Shown piece by piece: positions 44,364 through 53,200 of a DNA stretch of 64,000 nt. Where the stretch lies: IMG/VR virus record IMGVR_UViG_3300020468_000003, positions 32,001 to 96,000 of that record, one strand, 5' to 3'. The notes under the pieces are model-generated. The model did not search any database and was not told where the DNA came from. It was given only the letters and a program-made list of their open reading frames with translations. The translations under genes were made by a program, and so were the position numbers. Source of the DNA: a virus. Each line of letters begins with the position of its first letter. The first letter of the stretch is position 1.

Positions 44364-44507
44364 TTAGAAAACCTCCCTACATACACGTTTACAAACATGG
44401 TCTTTGTCATCGCAGTCAATTAAGCATTCGTAGTATTCTGTGATTAAATCCTCATGGGGGTCTTGATGTTCTCCCGCCAATTGATTAAAAGGAATTAAGT
44501 TATGCAT
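44364..44507 (-). CDS. Small Cys-rich protein (47 aa, CX3C...CX3C)
   Basis: MHNLIPFNQLAGEHQDPHEDLITEYYECLIDCDDKDHVCKRVCREVF*; GGAG SD. Confidence 0.7.
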   Translation of the reverse strand: MHNLIPFNQLAGEHQDPHEDLITEYYECLIDCDDKDHVCKRVCREVF

Positions 44508-44632
44508 TAATTGTCTCCAAATATAGTGTGATAATAAAAAAAAGATTTCAGATCATCTGTTTCAACCCTAATTCTACTACTATTTAGTTAGGAGATCAAC
44601 ACAAAATCATTTTTGTTAACAAAAAGAAATGC

Positions 44633-44980
44633 CTACGTGATTGTACCTACTCGCCCATAATCATCCATTAATCTTACAATATCATCCTCTCTACACTCTC
44701 CAGTTTGAGTCTCAACTATAGTCATTCCATCATCCCCTGCCTTCGCTCTATGTGGAGATGTTTCACAAATTACATATATGTCTTCTGGTTTAGCATTGTA
44801 TTCGCTACCATCTGCAATAACTATTCCACTCCCCTCTGTAACAACCCAGAACTCTTTTCTGTGGTTATGATATTGATAGGAAAAAGAACAGTTAGGATTA
44901 AGATGTAATCTTTTTACTTTATAATTTGGTTCATCCAATAAAACTTCATAATGTCCCCATGGTTTAGTCACTCTCTCCAT
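44633..44980 (-). CDS. Mannose-6-phosphate isomerase type II C-terminal cupin
   Basis: KPWGHY, YKVKRL, SYQYHNHRKEFW, ETQTGECREDDIVRL.DDYGR. Confidence 0.85.
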   Translation of the reverse strand: MERVTKPWGHYEVLLDEPNYKVKRLHLNPNCSFSYQYHNHRKEFWVVTEGSGIVIADGSEYNAKPEDIYVICETSPHRAKAGDDGMTIVETQTGECREDDIVRLMDDYGRVGTIT

Positions 44981-44983
44981 AAA

Positions 44984-45262
44984 TTATCTCCACTTTGATA
45001 GTGATTTAGTTTCTACTAATTTTTCAGTTTCAATTATATCACTTTCATCTGCATTTGTGTGATGTGTTACTTCTTTTAAAGTTTTAACATAATCTATAAC
45101 ATGTTGTCTGATCTCCATAAGTTCATCATAACAACCTTGATTATGTGCACAACCACGCAAATTATGATCTGGTTTCCAAAGAGATTCGGTAAAGAGATCT
45201 AATGCTCTTTGATATTTTACAGCAGGTGTTTCACCCTTATCTATTGAGTTTTGGTCGTGCAT
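44984..45262 (-). CDS. Conserved cyanophage hypothetical protein
   Basis: RALDLFTES..KPDH.LRGCAHNQ.CY.ELM. Confidence 0.7.
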   Translation of the reverse strand: MHDQNSIDKGETPAVKYQRALDLFTESLWKPDHNLRGCAHNQGCYDELMEIRQHVIDYVKTLKEVTHHTNADESDIIETEKLVETKSLSKWR

Positions 45263-45480
45263 TTTCTTTTCTTATTTTGTTTTTTGTACTGAGCGATAAA
45301 AGTTCTTGCAGAATCTTCATTCCTACATTTCCTTAATCTTTCTCCATTATGTATCACGATGACAGCTTTTCCACCGCATGGGATAGCATAAAAACCATCA
45401 TTTGTTGCAAATCCCATTTTAGCATCTTTATAGAATCTGGCAATAGCCCTTAATTCTTTTTCTTCGGCAGTCATTGCCAT
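45241..45480 (-). CDS. Hypothetical basic protein
   Basis: 79-aa ORF in operon. Confidence 0.6.
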   Translation of the reverse strand: MAMTAEEKELRAIARFYKDAKMGFATNDGFYAIPCGGKAVIVIHNGERLRKCRNEDSARTFIAQYKKQNKKRKCTTKTQ

Positions 45481-45482
45481 GA

Positions 45483-45623
45483 TTACATTACTGCTGTTGT
45501 AGAAACAATAGTTGCATTTGGATTTCTTGCAAGAGCAACCTGCTGTGCTTCATGATAGTTTGCAGCATTAACTACTTCATTGAATAGTTTTCCTGCTACC
45601 ATTAATTGTACTTTAACTTTCAT
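45483..45623 (-). CDS. Small hypothetical protein (46 aa)
   Basis: MKVKVQLMVAGKLFNEVVNAANYHEAQQVALARNPNATIVSTTAVM*; AGGAG SD. Confidence 0.75.
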   Translation of the reverse strand: MKVKVQLMVAGKLFNEVVNAANYHEAQQVALARNPNATIVSTTAVM

Positions 45624-45664
45624 AGGAGTCTCCTTTTAATTATATATCCATTATAATGGATATT

Positions 45665-46753
45665 TTAATCTATTATGTCCATAATGGACACTTTGTAATC
45701 TGTCACTCTTTTCTGTATTAGTTTACCATACTCTTCATTAAGTTCGCAACCTATGTAATCTCTACCTAATTGTTTTGCTACCATTCCAGTAGTACCTGAT
45801 CCCATGAAAGGATCTAAAATTATATCTCCCTTTTCGCTCCCTGCTTTAATACATGGTTCAATTAATGCAGGTGGAAATACAGCAAAGTGTGCACCTTTAT
45901 ATGGTTTATTTGTTACTGACCAGACAGATCGTTTATTTTTTGTTGGATATGATTTTGTAAGTCCGCTATGTGGTTGGAGTCCTGTTCCTGTGTTATGGTA
46001 TTTTCCGTTTGTTCTGTCTCTTGTTCCCCAATCTTTTGCGGGTTCTTTGATTGCTTCATTATCGTAGTGGTATTTTCTATTTTTACTAAACAAAAATATA
46101 TATTCGTGTGCTTTAGTACACCTATCCCTTACACTTTCTGGCATAGGATTAGGTTTATGCCAAATGATATCTTGTCTTAGATACCATCCATCTGCTCTCA
46201 TTGCGAAGGCAAAGAGCCATGGGATTCCGATGAGGTCTTTTTCTTTAAGTCCATCGATTCTATTTCCTCTACGAGGACACACATCTGGTAAGTCTTGTTT
46301 TGAATTTGCAACAGTTTGTTTTGGAAGTCCTTGTCCTTTTCCAGGTCTGTAGTTATAGTAACTATCCCCAAGATTAACCCAACAAGTTCCATCATCTGTA
46401 AGCACATTGCGAACCTCCTTAAATACGTTTACTAATTGATCAACATATTCTTCTGGAGTCTCCTCCAATCCGATTTGATCATCTTGTCTTACTGCACCAC
46501 ATTTTGGACACACACTTTTGTATATGTAATCTCCAACACCACCCATGATGTCAGCATTTTTATGACCAGTAATACAATTTGAACCTTGCTTACCTTTTTT
46601 TCTATGATCACAATTAGGATCTCCTCCTATCCAAGTAGCAGTTCCATAATCCCTGAGACCATAGTATGGTGGAGATGTTACACACATCCTTGCCTGTTCG
46701 TCAAATTGTTTGAGTGTCTCCCGACAATCTCCAAATAAAATTGTGTCTCTCAT
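45665..46753 (-). CDS. Beta-class N4-cytosine/N6-adenine DNA methyltransferase
   Basis: VTSPPY (motif IV) precedes ILDPFMGSGTTG (motif I); HFAVFP. Confidence 0.92.
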   Translation of the reverse strand: MRDTILFGDCRETLKQFDEQARMCVTSPPYYGLRDYGTATWIGGDPNCDHRKKGKQGSNCITGHKNADIMGGVGDYIYKSVCPKCGAVRQDDQIGLEETPEEYVDQLVNVFKEVRNVLTDDGTCWVNLGDSYYNYRPGKGQGLPKQTVANSKQDLPDVCPRRGNRIDGLKEKDLIGIPWLFAFAMRADGWYLRQDIIWHKPNPMPESVRDRCTKAHEYIFLFSKNRKYHYDNEAIKEPAKDWGTRDRTNGKYHNTGTGLQPHSGLTKSYPTKNKRSVWSVTNKPYKGAHFAVFPPALIEPCIKAGSEKGDIILDPFMGSGTTGMVAKQLGRDYIGCELNEEYGKLIQKRVTDYKVSIMDIID

Positions 46754-47934
46754 GATCTGATAACTGATGTTGCTGCTTGTCCTTTGTTGAATACAGTATC
46801 AATAACTGCTTCAACCTTTCTTGCGGTTGAAATACCAACCTTAGAGTAAACTGGAACACATACAAGTCCATAAACTTTGTCTTCCGCACCCTTACGGATT
46901 ACTCTACCAATAGTCTGACTAATACCAATGTAATCCATAGATCTCATAAACAATACTGCCTCAAGACCTTTTACATTGATACCCTCTGAGAGGATGCTGT
47001 GATGGAGTACAACAAACTTTGTACCATCTACACCCCACTCGTTAAGTGTATTGAAGAACTCTTCTCTACTAACCTTCTTACCATTAACAAAAGCACCTGT
47101 CTTAGAAGTAATAAACATCCAGTTGTATCCACGCACTTGTAAATCCATAACAAAAGGAGTTTGAGATATCAAGTTAGTAATCTGCTTTGTAGACTTAGCA
47201 CATATCAATACTTTGTTCTTCTGAATATTATCAAGAGCATTGATCATTTGATCGCAATCAGCATCTACAACCAACTCATCCTTCTCTAGTATTCTTGTCT
47301 TGTATACTGCAACCTTTGGTGGTAAGATATGTCCTTCCTCCACTAACTTAGGTGCAGGTACTTGGCAAATAACATTACCAAAGATATCAGCATCATTCAT
47401 ACCAACCTTAAGAGGTGTAAGAGAATGCTTTGGTGTAGCAGTAAAGAAGTATGCTCTTGCAGAATACATTGAAAAGTATTCAACTGCTTCAACAAAGTTC
47501 TTCTGAACTCCATTGTGTGCTTCATCAAAATAGATTGTATCTACATTAATACCACTCTCTACAATCTTATGTAATGAATGATATGTAGTAAACATAAGAG
47601 TATTCTTTCCCTTATTTGCATAGTGAAATAATTTAACATCGTTTACTTGAGTACTGCAGAAATATAGACTCTTACCAGTTAGATCGCCACTGTGAACATG
47701 CATTACATCATCAGGATGAATGTCAATCATTTCGCGAAACTCTGAGCATAACTGCTTTGCAAGTAATATACGAGGTGCAACTACTACAATAGTCTTAGGA
47801 GCACTCTTGAACTGATATATCGCATCTTCTATCATGCACATTGTTTTACCACCACCAGTCGGAACAATAACTTGTCCCTTAGTGTTAGACTGCATAGCAA
47901 CTAAAGAATCAATTTGATGTGGACGTAATTGCAT
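46750..47934 (-). CDS. SF2 helicase (type III restriction Res-like ATPase, no obvious nuclease domain)
   Basis: MQLRPHQ, PTGGGKT, FDEAH, FTATP, LSEGI, QTIGRVIR; start trimmed to 47934. Confidence 0.88.
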   Translation of the reverse strand: MQLRPHQIDSLVAMQSNTKGQVIVPTGGGKTMCMIEDAIYQFKSAPKTIVVVAPRILLAKQLCSEFREMIDIHPDDVMHVHSGDLTGKSLYFCSTQVNDVKLFHYANKGKNTLMFTTYHSLHKIVESGINVDTIYFDEAHNGVQKNFVEAVEYFSMYSARAYFFTATPKHSLTPLKVGMNDADIFGNVICQVPAPKLVEEGHILPPKVAVYKTRILEKDELVVDADCDQMINALDNIQKNKVLICAKSTKQITNLISQTPFVMDLQVRGYNWMFITSKTGAFVNGKKVSREEFFNTLNEWGVDGTKFVVLHHSILSEGINVKGLEAVLFMRSMDYIGISQTIGRVIRKGAEDKVYGLVCVPVYSKVGISTARKVEAVIDTVFNKGQAATSVIRS

Positions 47935-47955
47935 TAACTTTGTTTCGTTATACTT

Positions 47956-48010
47956 ATTATAGCAAACACAATGCCATTTTGCAAATCCATGTGCCAGTAT
48001 CTTAACTGTC
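47956..48010 (-). promoter_or_regulatory. Early-promoter element copy 14
   Basis: TATAAT 47956-47961; box TGTGCCAGTATCTTAACTGTC at the same spacing; the upstream gene ends KDS* in the box. Confidence 0.7.
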
Positions 48011-48322
48011 TTTGTCCATTTTATCAGAAATTTTTTTGAGTGCTTCTTCCCATCCATCTTTATCTTGAGACCATTTATTTAATGGGCAAGACTCTAATAT
48101 AACTCTAGCTTTGGCAGGTATGAAACATCCACATTCTGCACACATATCCTTTTTCTTTATCCACATCTCACATGATTTACAAATCTCATGTCTAACCTTA
48201 TAGGTTTCATCAGATACAACTAAAGACTCAGGTCCATTCTTTTTAATATAGGTAATAATATCCCATGAAAAATTAGCAAAATTTTTCGTCTTCTCAATAA
48301 AAGATGGTTCGTCTTTTTCCAT
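48002..48322 (-). CDS. Cys-rich protein (DUF6171-like; R..IC..C...C..CGC...K.....CP..KW)
   Basis: CKSC...CAECGCFIPAKARVILESCPLNKW. Confidence 0.7.
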   Translation of the reverse strand: MEKDEPSFIEKTKNFANFSWDIITYIKKNGPESLVVSDETYKVRHEICKSCEMWIKKKDMCAECGCFIPAKARVILESCPLNKWSQDKDGWEEALKKISDKMDKDS

Positions 48323-48353
48323 ACATCTTAGTGTATCATATAATTATGTATTG

Positions 48354-49508
48354 TCAAGGTGTGGCAGGATAATCTCCCTTAATTGTAGTAGAACTAATAG
48401 ATCCAGTTACACTGTAACTTGTTCCTGCAATTGCTCTTCCTGCTAATCCACCATCTCCAGTATTATTACTATCTCCACCTGCTAATGCCCATTCTCCACC
48501 TGCACCACCACCTTCACCTGGTTGTCCTTGAGAAGAGTTACAACCATTGTCGGGATCAGGTGCACTACCATTATCTCCCTGTAATCCAGCAGATTCATTT
48601 CCATGTCCTCTTCCAGTACCACCATCACCACCTTCTCCACCAAGTCCACCTGCTACAGTGTATTCATTAAGGCAGTCGTCATATCTGTACCAAGCAGTTG
48701 TTTCAAACCAACAACTTCCCCACCAGTTACAAGGTCTTCGTCTTGCACATCCAGCTCCTGAATAGCATCCACTTGTTGATGTCCATCCTTCTGGGCAATC
48801 AGGACAACTACCACAATTCACAACAGTTTCAAAATCTTGGCATAATCCACTAGCACCTTGATCTCCTGTCTTTCCTTTTTCTCCTCCACCACCTCCACCA
48901 TAAATTCTTGCAGAGGAGTTTACATTTACAACTAAATTTTCTCCACCAGTAGAAATGATAGACAGTGCAGTTCCACCCTGCTGTCCACTGATTGAAACAT
49001 TACCAGGTTTTCCACCACCTAATCCAGGTCCACCCTTAATTGTGCCAGTGATATCAAATAAAACGTTATATGCAGGAGACTGTTCAAATGAAGCTGCAGC
49101 AGAAAGTGCATTGTCAGATCCTATATTACCATCTACAAACATAGTTTTGTTTATAGTTTTTGCTAAATTAGTATTCCAACTTAAAGCATCAATATCAAAA
49201 TAGATATCAGATCCAGTCTGTGTAATATAATAAAATTTTATACTATTTCTAAATTGCCCCAAAGCAACATCACTAACAGAACCTATTGCAGAATTTTCTG
49301 TAGCATCTGGAACTATCGGATTTGCACTTGTAGGACTTGTATCTCTCTTCAACTCTGACATACTAATTGGAGCAAGATCAGAAGCGAATGTTTCAGATCC
49401 ACCAGAAGTAGTTTTACGAGACTGTGCTCTAAAAGTTCTCCTTAACTCACTAAAAGTTATGGGTCCTGAAGCGAAAAATGGTCCTGCTTTTGATACTGAT
49501 ACAGACAT
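48354..49508 (-). CDS. Glycine-rich tail-tip adhesin-like protein (T-even gp38-like polyglycine type) with Cys/Trp-rich insert
   Basis: TIKGGPGLGGG...GQQGGTAL...ARIYGGGGGG...GGLAGRAI pattern; late promoter at 49529; downstream of fibre genes. Confidence 0.6.
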   Translation of the reverse strand: MSVSVSKAGPFFASGPITFSELRRTFRAQSRKTTSGGSETFASDLAPISMSELKRDTSPTSANPIVPDATENSAIGSVSDVALGQFRNSIKFYYITQTGSDIYFDIDALSWNTNLAKTINKTMFVDGNIGSDNALSAAASFEQSPAYNVLFDITGTIKGGPGLGGGKPGNVSISGQQGGTALSIISTGGENLVVNVNSSARIYGGGGGGEKGKTGDQGASGLCQDFETVVNCGSCPDCPEGWTSTSGCYSGAGCARRRPCNWWGSCWFETTAWYRYDDCLNEYTVAGGLGGEGGDGGTGRGHGNESAGLQGDNGSAPDPDNGCNSSQGQPGEGGGAGGEWALAGGDSNNTGDGGLAGRAIAGTSYSVTGSISSTTIKGDYPATP

Positions 49509-49537
49509 TTATATACTATCTTTTTTATTATTTATAT

Positions 49538-51004
49538 TTATTTTTTAATTATGACTGAACCATTTAAAACAGATCTATGGGGAACAGATCTACTTCTACT
49601 CTTTGTACTTTCTTGTAACTCATGATTTTCCTTACATTGTTCTAATATTTTTTTTGATTTGGGTAAATTTTTTATAAATTCATTAACTGAATCTGCATTT
49701 ATCATTTCTAAACCATTACTAACTTGTATGTAACTATCAATGTGCCATTGAGAATCCTCACTCATAAATCCAGCTGGTATAAATTCAATGGAACATTTTT
49801 CTTCATATGCCTTCATCCAATCTGTTTTATTAGCAGTCATATATTTCCAGAAAGGAGAGTCTATTCTATTTGTAGCATAATGTAGACAAATAAAATTAAA
49901 TATATCCAGATAACTTTTCTCATTAAAATTATTATAATTAATCCTATCAAAATCTAAAAACTTAAGAGTGGTATTATTCTGCACAAAAAATTGTAATTGA
50001 TTATAAACTATATGAAGTCCTGTAGATTCTAATGGTTCAATAAATCCACTTGCAAGACCAACAGATAAACAATTTCCTATCCAATTTTTCTTATAATATC
50101 CTGGTTTGTAATGAATCACTCTAGGATTATCATTTAATTCAACACCATGATTCTTTTTCAACCATTCATTATAATTTTTCTTTGCCTCTTCATCAGTAGT
50201 GAACTTAGATGAATATACATATCCAGTTCCATATCTTTTCTTCAATGGAATTTGCCATATCCAACCATCTTTTGTTGCTTCTGCTTGTGTATATGATGGT
50301 ATTTCTACAAGATTATGAGGTATCTGTTGTGGAATTGCTCTATCTAATGGAAGATAACCTGTAATATCAACCCACTCAGGGTTTAAATGTTTAAATAAGA
50401 CACTATTAAATCCAGAAGCATCGACATAAAAATCAGCAGTTACTTCTCCTCTATTTTTAAACACAATACTTTGTATACTTTTTCCATCTGAATTTACTCT
50501 CTCTACTACATCATCAATACGATCTATTTCATCTTCAATATCATTTAAAATATATTGTGAGACAATTTGTGTATCTATGTGGAAGGCATGATCATAATAA
50601 AAATCATGACTGGGAACTGTTGTTGTTGCATTATTATGTAATATCCCTCCATTGTAAGTTCCATTTGGAATTGAGTATAAAGATTCTGGATAATCTTGTC
50701 CTGAAGGATCTATATTACACTTATTAAATCCATGAAAATATTCTCTATTTCTTGTCCAATTTTTAAAATTTATTCCCAACTTTACAGTGCTTTCAGTGTC
50801 TTTAATAAAATCTGAAATTTGAACATATAGATATCTTTTAAGAAAATCTACAAATGCAGGTGTTGTACTCTCTCCAACACCTATATTTTTTTTCTTACTA
50901 TCGTAATATATCTCTACTTTAACTCTACCTACATAAAATCTTTTGAGCATAGCAGCAGCAATCAGTCCAGATGAACCAGACCCAATAATAATAATTTTTT
51001 TCAT
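49538..51004 (-). CDS. Second flavin-dependent (tryptophan-type) halogenase
   Basis: IIGSGSSG, IGVGESTTP, TVKLGINF, WIWQIP, GFIEPLESTG. Confidence 0.9.
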   Translation of the reverse strand: MKKIIIIGSGSSGLIAAAMLKRFYVGRVKVEIYYDSKKKNIGVGESTTPAFVDFLKRYLYVQISDFIKDTESTVKLGINFKNWTRNREYFHGFNKCNIDPSGQDYPESLYSIPNGTYNGGILHNNATTTVPSHDFYYDHAFHIDTQIVSQYILNDIEDEIDRIDDVVERVNSDGKSIQSIVFKNRGEVTADFYVDASGFNSVLFKHLNPEWVDITGYLPLDRAIPQQIPHNLVEIPSYTQAEATKDGWIWQIPLKKRYGTGYVYSSKFTTDEEAKKNYNEWLKKNHGVELNDNPRVIHYKPGYYKKNWIGNCLSVGLASGFIEPLESTGLHIVYNQLQFFVQNNTTLKFLDFDRINYNNFNEKSYLDIFNFICLHYATNRIDSPFWKYMTANKTDWMKAYEEKCSIEFIPAGFMSEDSQWHIDSYIQVSNGLEMINADSVNEFIKNLPKSKKILEQCKENHELQESTKSRSRSVPHRSVLNGSVIIKK

Positions 51005-51012
51005 AAATTAGA

Positions 51013-53187
51013 TCAGGATAAAGTCAAACTTGTACTTCCAATACCTGCAACTGTAAATGTTAATGTAGATCCTACTACACTTATTTGAACTGGAGTACCA
51101 GTTCCACTTGTAAATCCGTTTGCTGCTGTTACAATTCCTGTTTGATTAGCAAATCCTACCCATTCATCATCACAATATGCTTGATGTTCTCCTGCATCTG
51201 TGTTATAAATTATGGATCCAGTTTGCGTAGTAACACCAGCTCTCTGAGCAGTTGTTGCTTGAGGAGTTCTCATTGCTCTAGCAGAACTAAGACCTGGACC
51301 AGGACCACTTCCTGCTTTGGAGAAATCAACTGCAGCAAGAGGAACGTGCGTACCTACACCTAATAAACTATTTTCATCGCATATTACACCAGAATTATAA
51401 ACTCTAACCTGTGTATTAAAGAATCCTGCAGCTTCATAGCATGCAAAAGTTTCATTAGTATTCTGTTCATATAAGTATGCTATCGAAGTTGTTCCTACAC
51501 CAACTGCACCAAAGTTTGCTTGTCCACCAACGACTAAAGCACCACTAACAGCATTGCTAGTGTACTCATTACTTGTATTAATTCCAAGTCTTCCAATTAA
51601 TCCTGTTTTAGCTTGTGCATCAAGATCAACTATTGGGTCATCAGTTCCTATACCAACACTAGTTCCTGCACCAATACTGGAGTTTACATATATTTTTCCG
51701 AAAGTATTAATTCCTGCGTTGTTGATCTTAGAAGCAATAACATTTGGTAAATTAAATGTCCCTGCATCAATTGATCCTCCAATACTAAAGTTACCACCAA
51801 CAAATGCATTACCTGTAACAGTCGATGAACCAACCACATGTAACTTATGATTTGGATTTACAACTCCTAAACCTAAGTCACCTTGATATGTCAGGGTCAT
51901 CATATCGCCATTTGATTGACCATTAACAAAGTTAAAGTTACCTGTTGATAATCCTGCAGGACCTCCATGAAGAACTAAGTTAAAGTCTCCTGTATCGTTA
52001 TTAACAATATCAAGTGTTTTATCAGCAACACCAAACTTCATTGCTGCAGAACTAGCACCAACACCTACTGATTGTCCAATAGAAAGTACAGAACTATCTC
52101 CTTCAGAAACTATTTCTATCTTTGCAACACCACTTGGTTTGCGAATCTGAAGATCAGAAGTAGGAATAACAGTTCCTATACCAATGAATTTTCCATTATT
52201 TGCAAGAATAGTTCCACCAGTACCAACATGTAATACATCAGTTACTGTGCTTACTCCTATTGTTGAGAAACCTGATTTTATTTCAGATGCATTTAAAATA
52301 ACTACATTACCAGATCCAAGATTAAATCCTTCTGTTCCCGTTCCAATTCTTGCATCTGCTTCTTTATTAACTAATTCAAACCAATTTCCTGCGTGTGCAT
52401 ATAATGCTTTCCCACTCTCATGAACATGAGCAAATGCACCATGGTATGTTACAGGTGAAGGTAAATCTCCATAAGTTGCATATAAAAATGGAATTACATT
52501 ACTTACTGCTGCTCCAACGATTCTACCATTGGCATCAATACTTCCATCAACTTTTAGTGCATCAACTCCAGATTGAAGTTGAGTTACTGTTAATAATGGT
52601 AATGCTGTACTATCAATAATTGATGTAACACCTGTTATTCTTGCTTCAGGACCTTCAAATGAAAGTTGTCTTGTTGTTATTATACCTGTTGCTTTAATAT
52701 CTCCTGTTGAATTTATCCCAACACCTGGTGAATACTCATCATCTGCTGTGCCACCAATTTGAAGAGCATTGTATGGAAGTTCAGTTGCTATTCCAACATA
52801 TCCTGCAGAGTATATACTTGAAAAACCTAATCCAGGATTTACATCAATCCATTGAGATGTTGGTAAGTTAAGTAGATTAGCACCATCTCCAAAGTAAGTA
52901 ATAACTCCTGATGTGGAAGTTGCAGTGACAATACCTGATGGGAGTATAGATGTTATACCAACTTCTATCTGTCCTATAGTTGCTACTCCTGAAACTATAG
53001 CACCTTCTTCTATAAACGTATTTTTTATCGTTGCTATCCCTACAACTTTCGCTGTACCCCTGACATCCAAAAACTCTGTCGGAACGGATGTACCGATTCC
53101 AACCAGACCATTAGGATTTACGATGAAATTGTCGTCATCAACTTGGACACCATTACGAAAATTAAACGACTTCTTATAATTAGGCAT
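51013..53187 (-). CDS. Tail fibre/structural protein
   Basis: 724 aa with repeated VGIGT..P...LDV fibre motifs. Confidence 0.75.
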   Translation of the reverse strand: MPNYKKSFNFRNGVQVDDDNFIVNPNGLVGIGTSVPTEFLDVRGTAKVVGIATIKNTFIEEGAIVSGVATIGQIEVGITSILPSGIVTATSTSGVITYFGDGANLLNLPTSQWIDVNPGLGFSSIYSAGYVGIATELPYNALQIGGTADDEYSPGVGINSTGDIKATGIITTRQLSFEGPEARITGVTSIIDSTALPLLTVTQLQSGVDALKVDGSIDANGRIVGAAVSNVIPFLYATYGDLPSPVTYHGAFAHVHESGKALYAHAGNWFELVNKEADARIGTGTEGFNLGSGNVVILNASEIKSGFSTIGVSTVTDVLHVGTGGTILANNGKFIGIGTVIPTSDLQIRKPSGVAKIEIVSEGDSSVLSIGQSVGVGASSAAMKFGVADKTLDIVNNDTGDFNLVLHGGPAGLSTGNFNFVNGQSNGDMMTLTYQGDLGLGVVNPNHKLHVVGSSTVTGNAFVGGNFSIGGSIDAGTFNLPNVIASKINNAGINTFGKIYVNSSIGAGTSVGIGTDDPIVDLDAQAKTGLIGRLGINTSNEYTSNAVSGALVVGGQANFGAVGVGTTSIAYLYEQNTNETFACYEAAGFFNTQVRVYNSGVICDENSLLGVGTHVPLAAVDFSKAGSGPGPGLSSARAMRTPQATTAQRAGVTTQTGSIIYNTDAGEHQAYCDDEWVGFANQTGIVTAANGFTSGTGTPVQISVVGSTLTFTVAGIGSTSLTLS

Positions 53188-53200
53188 CTACTTACACTTT

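Noticed and set aside
47935-48057. N-terminal extension of the helicase in the ORF track (similar extensions at 25945-26028, 24584-24652, 21386-21427)
   Set aside because: These extensions run through promoter elements; downstream ATGs fit better
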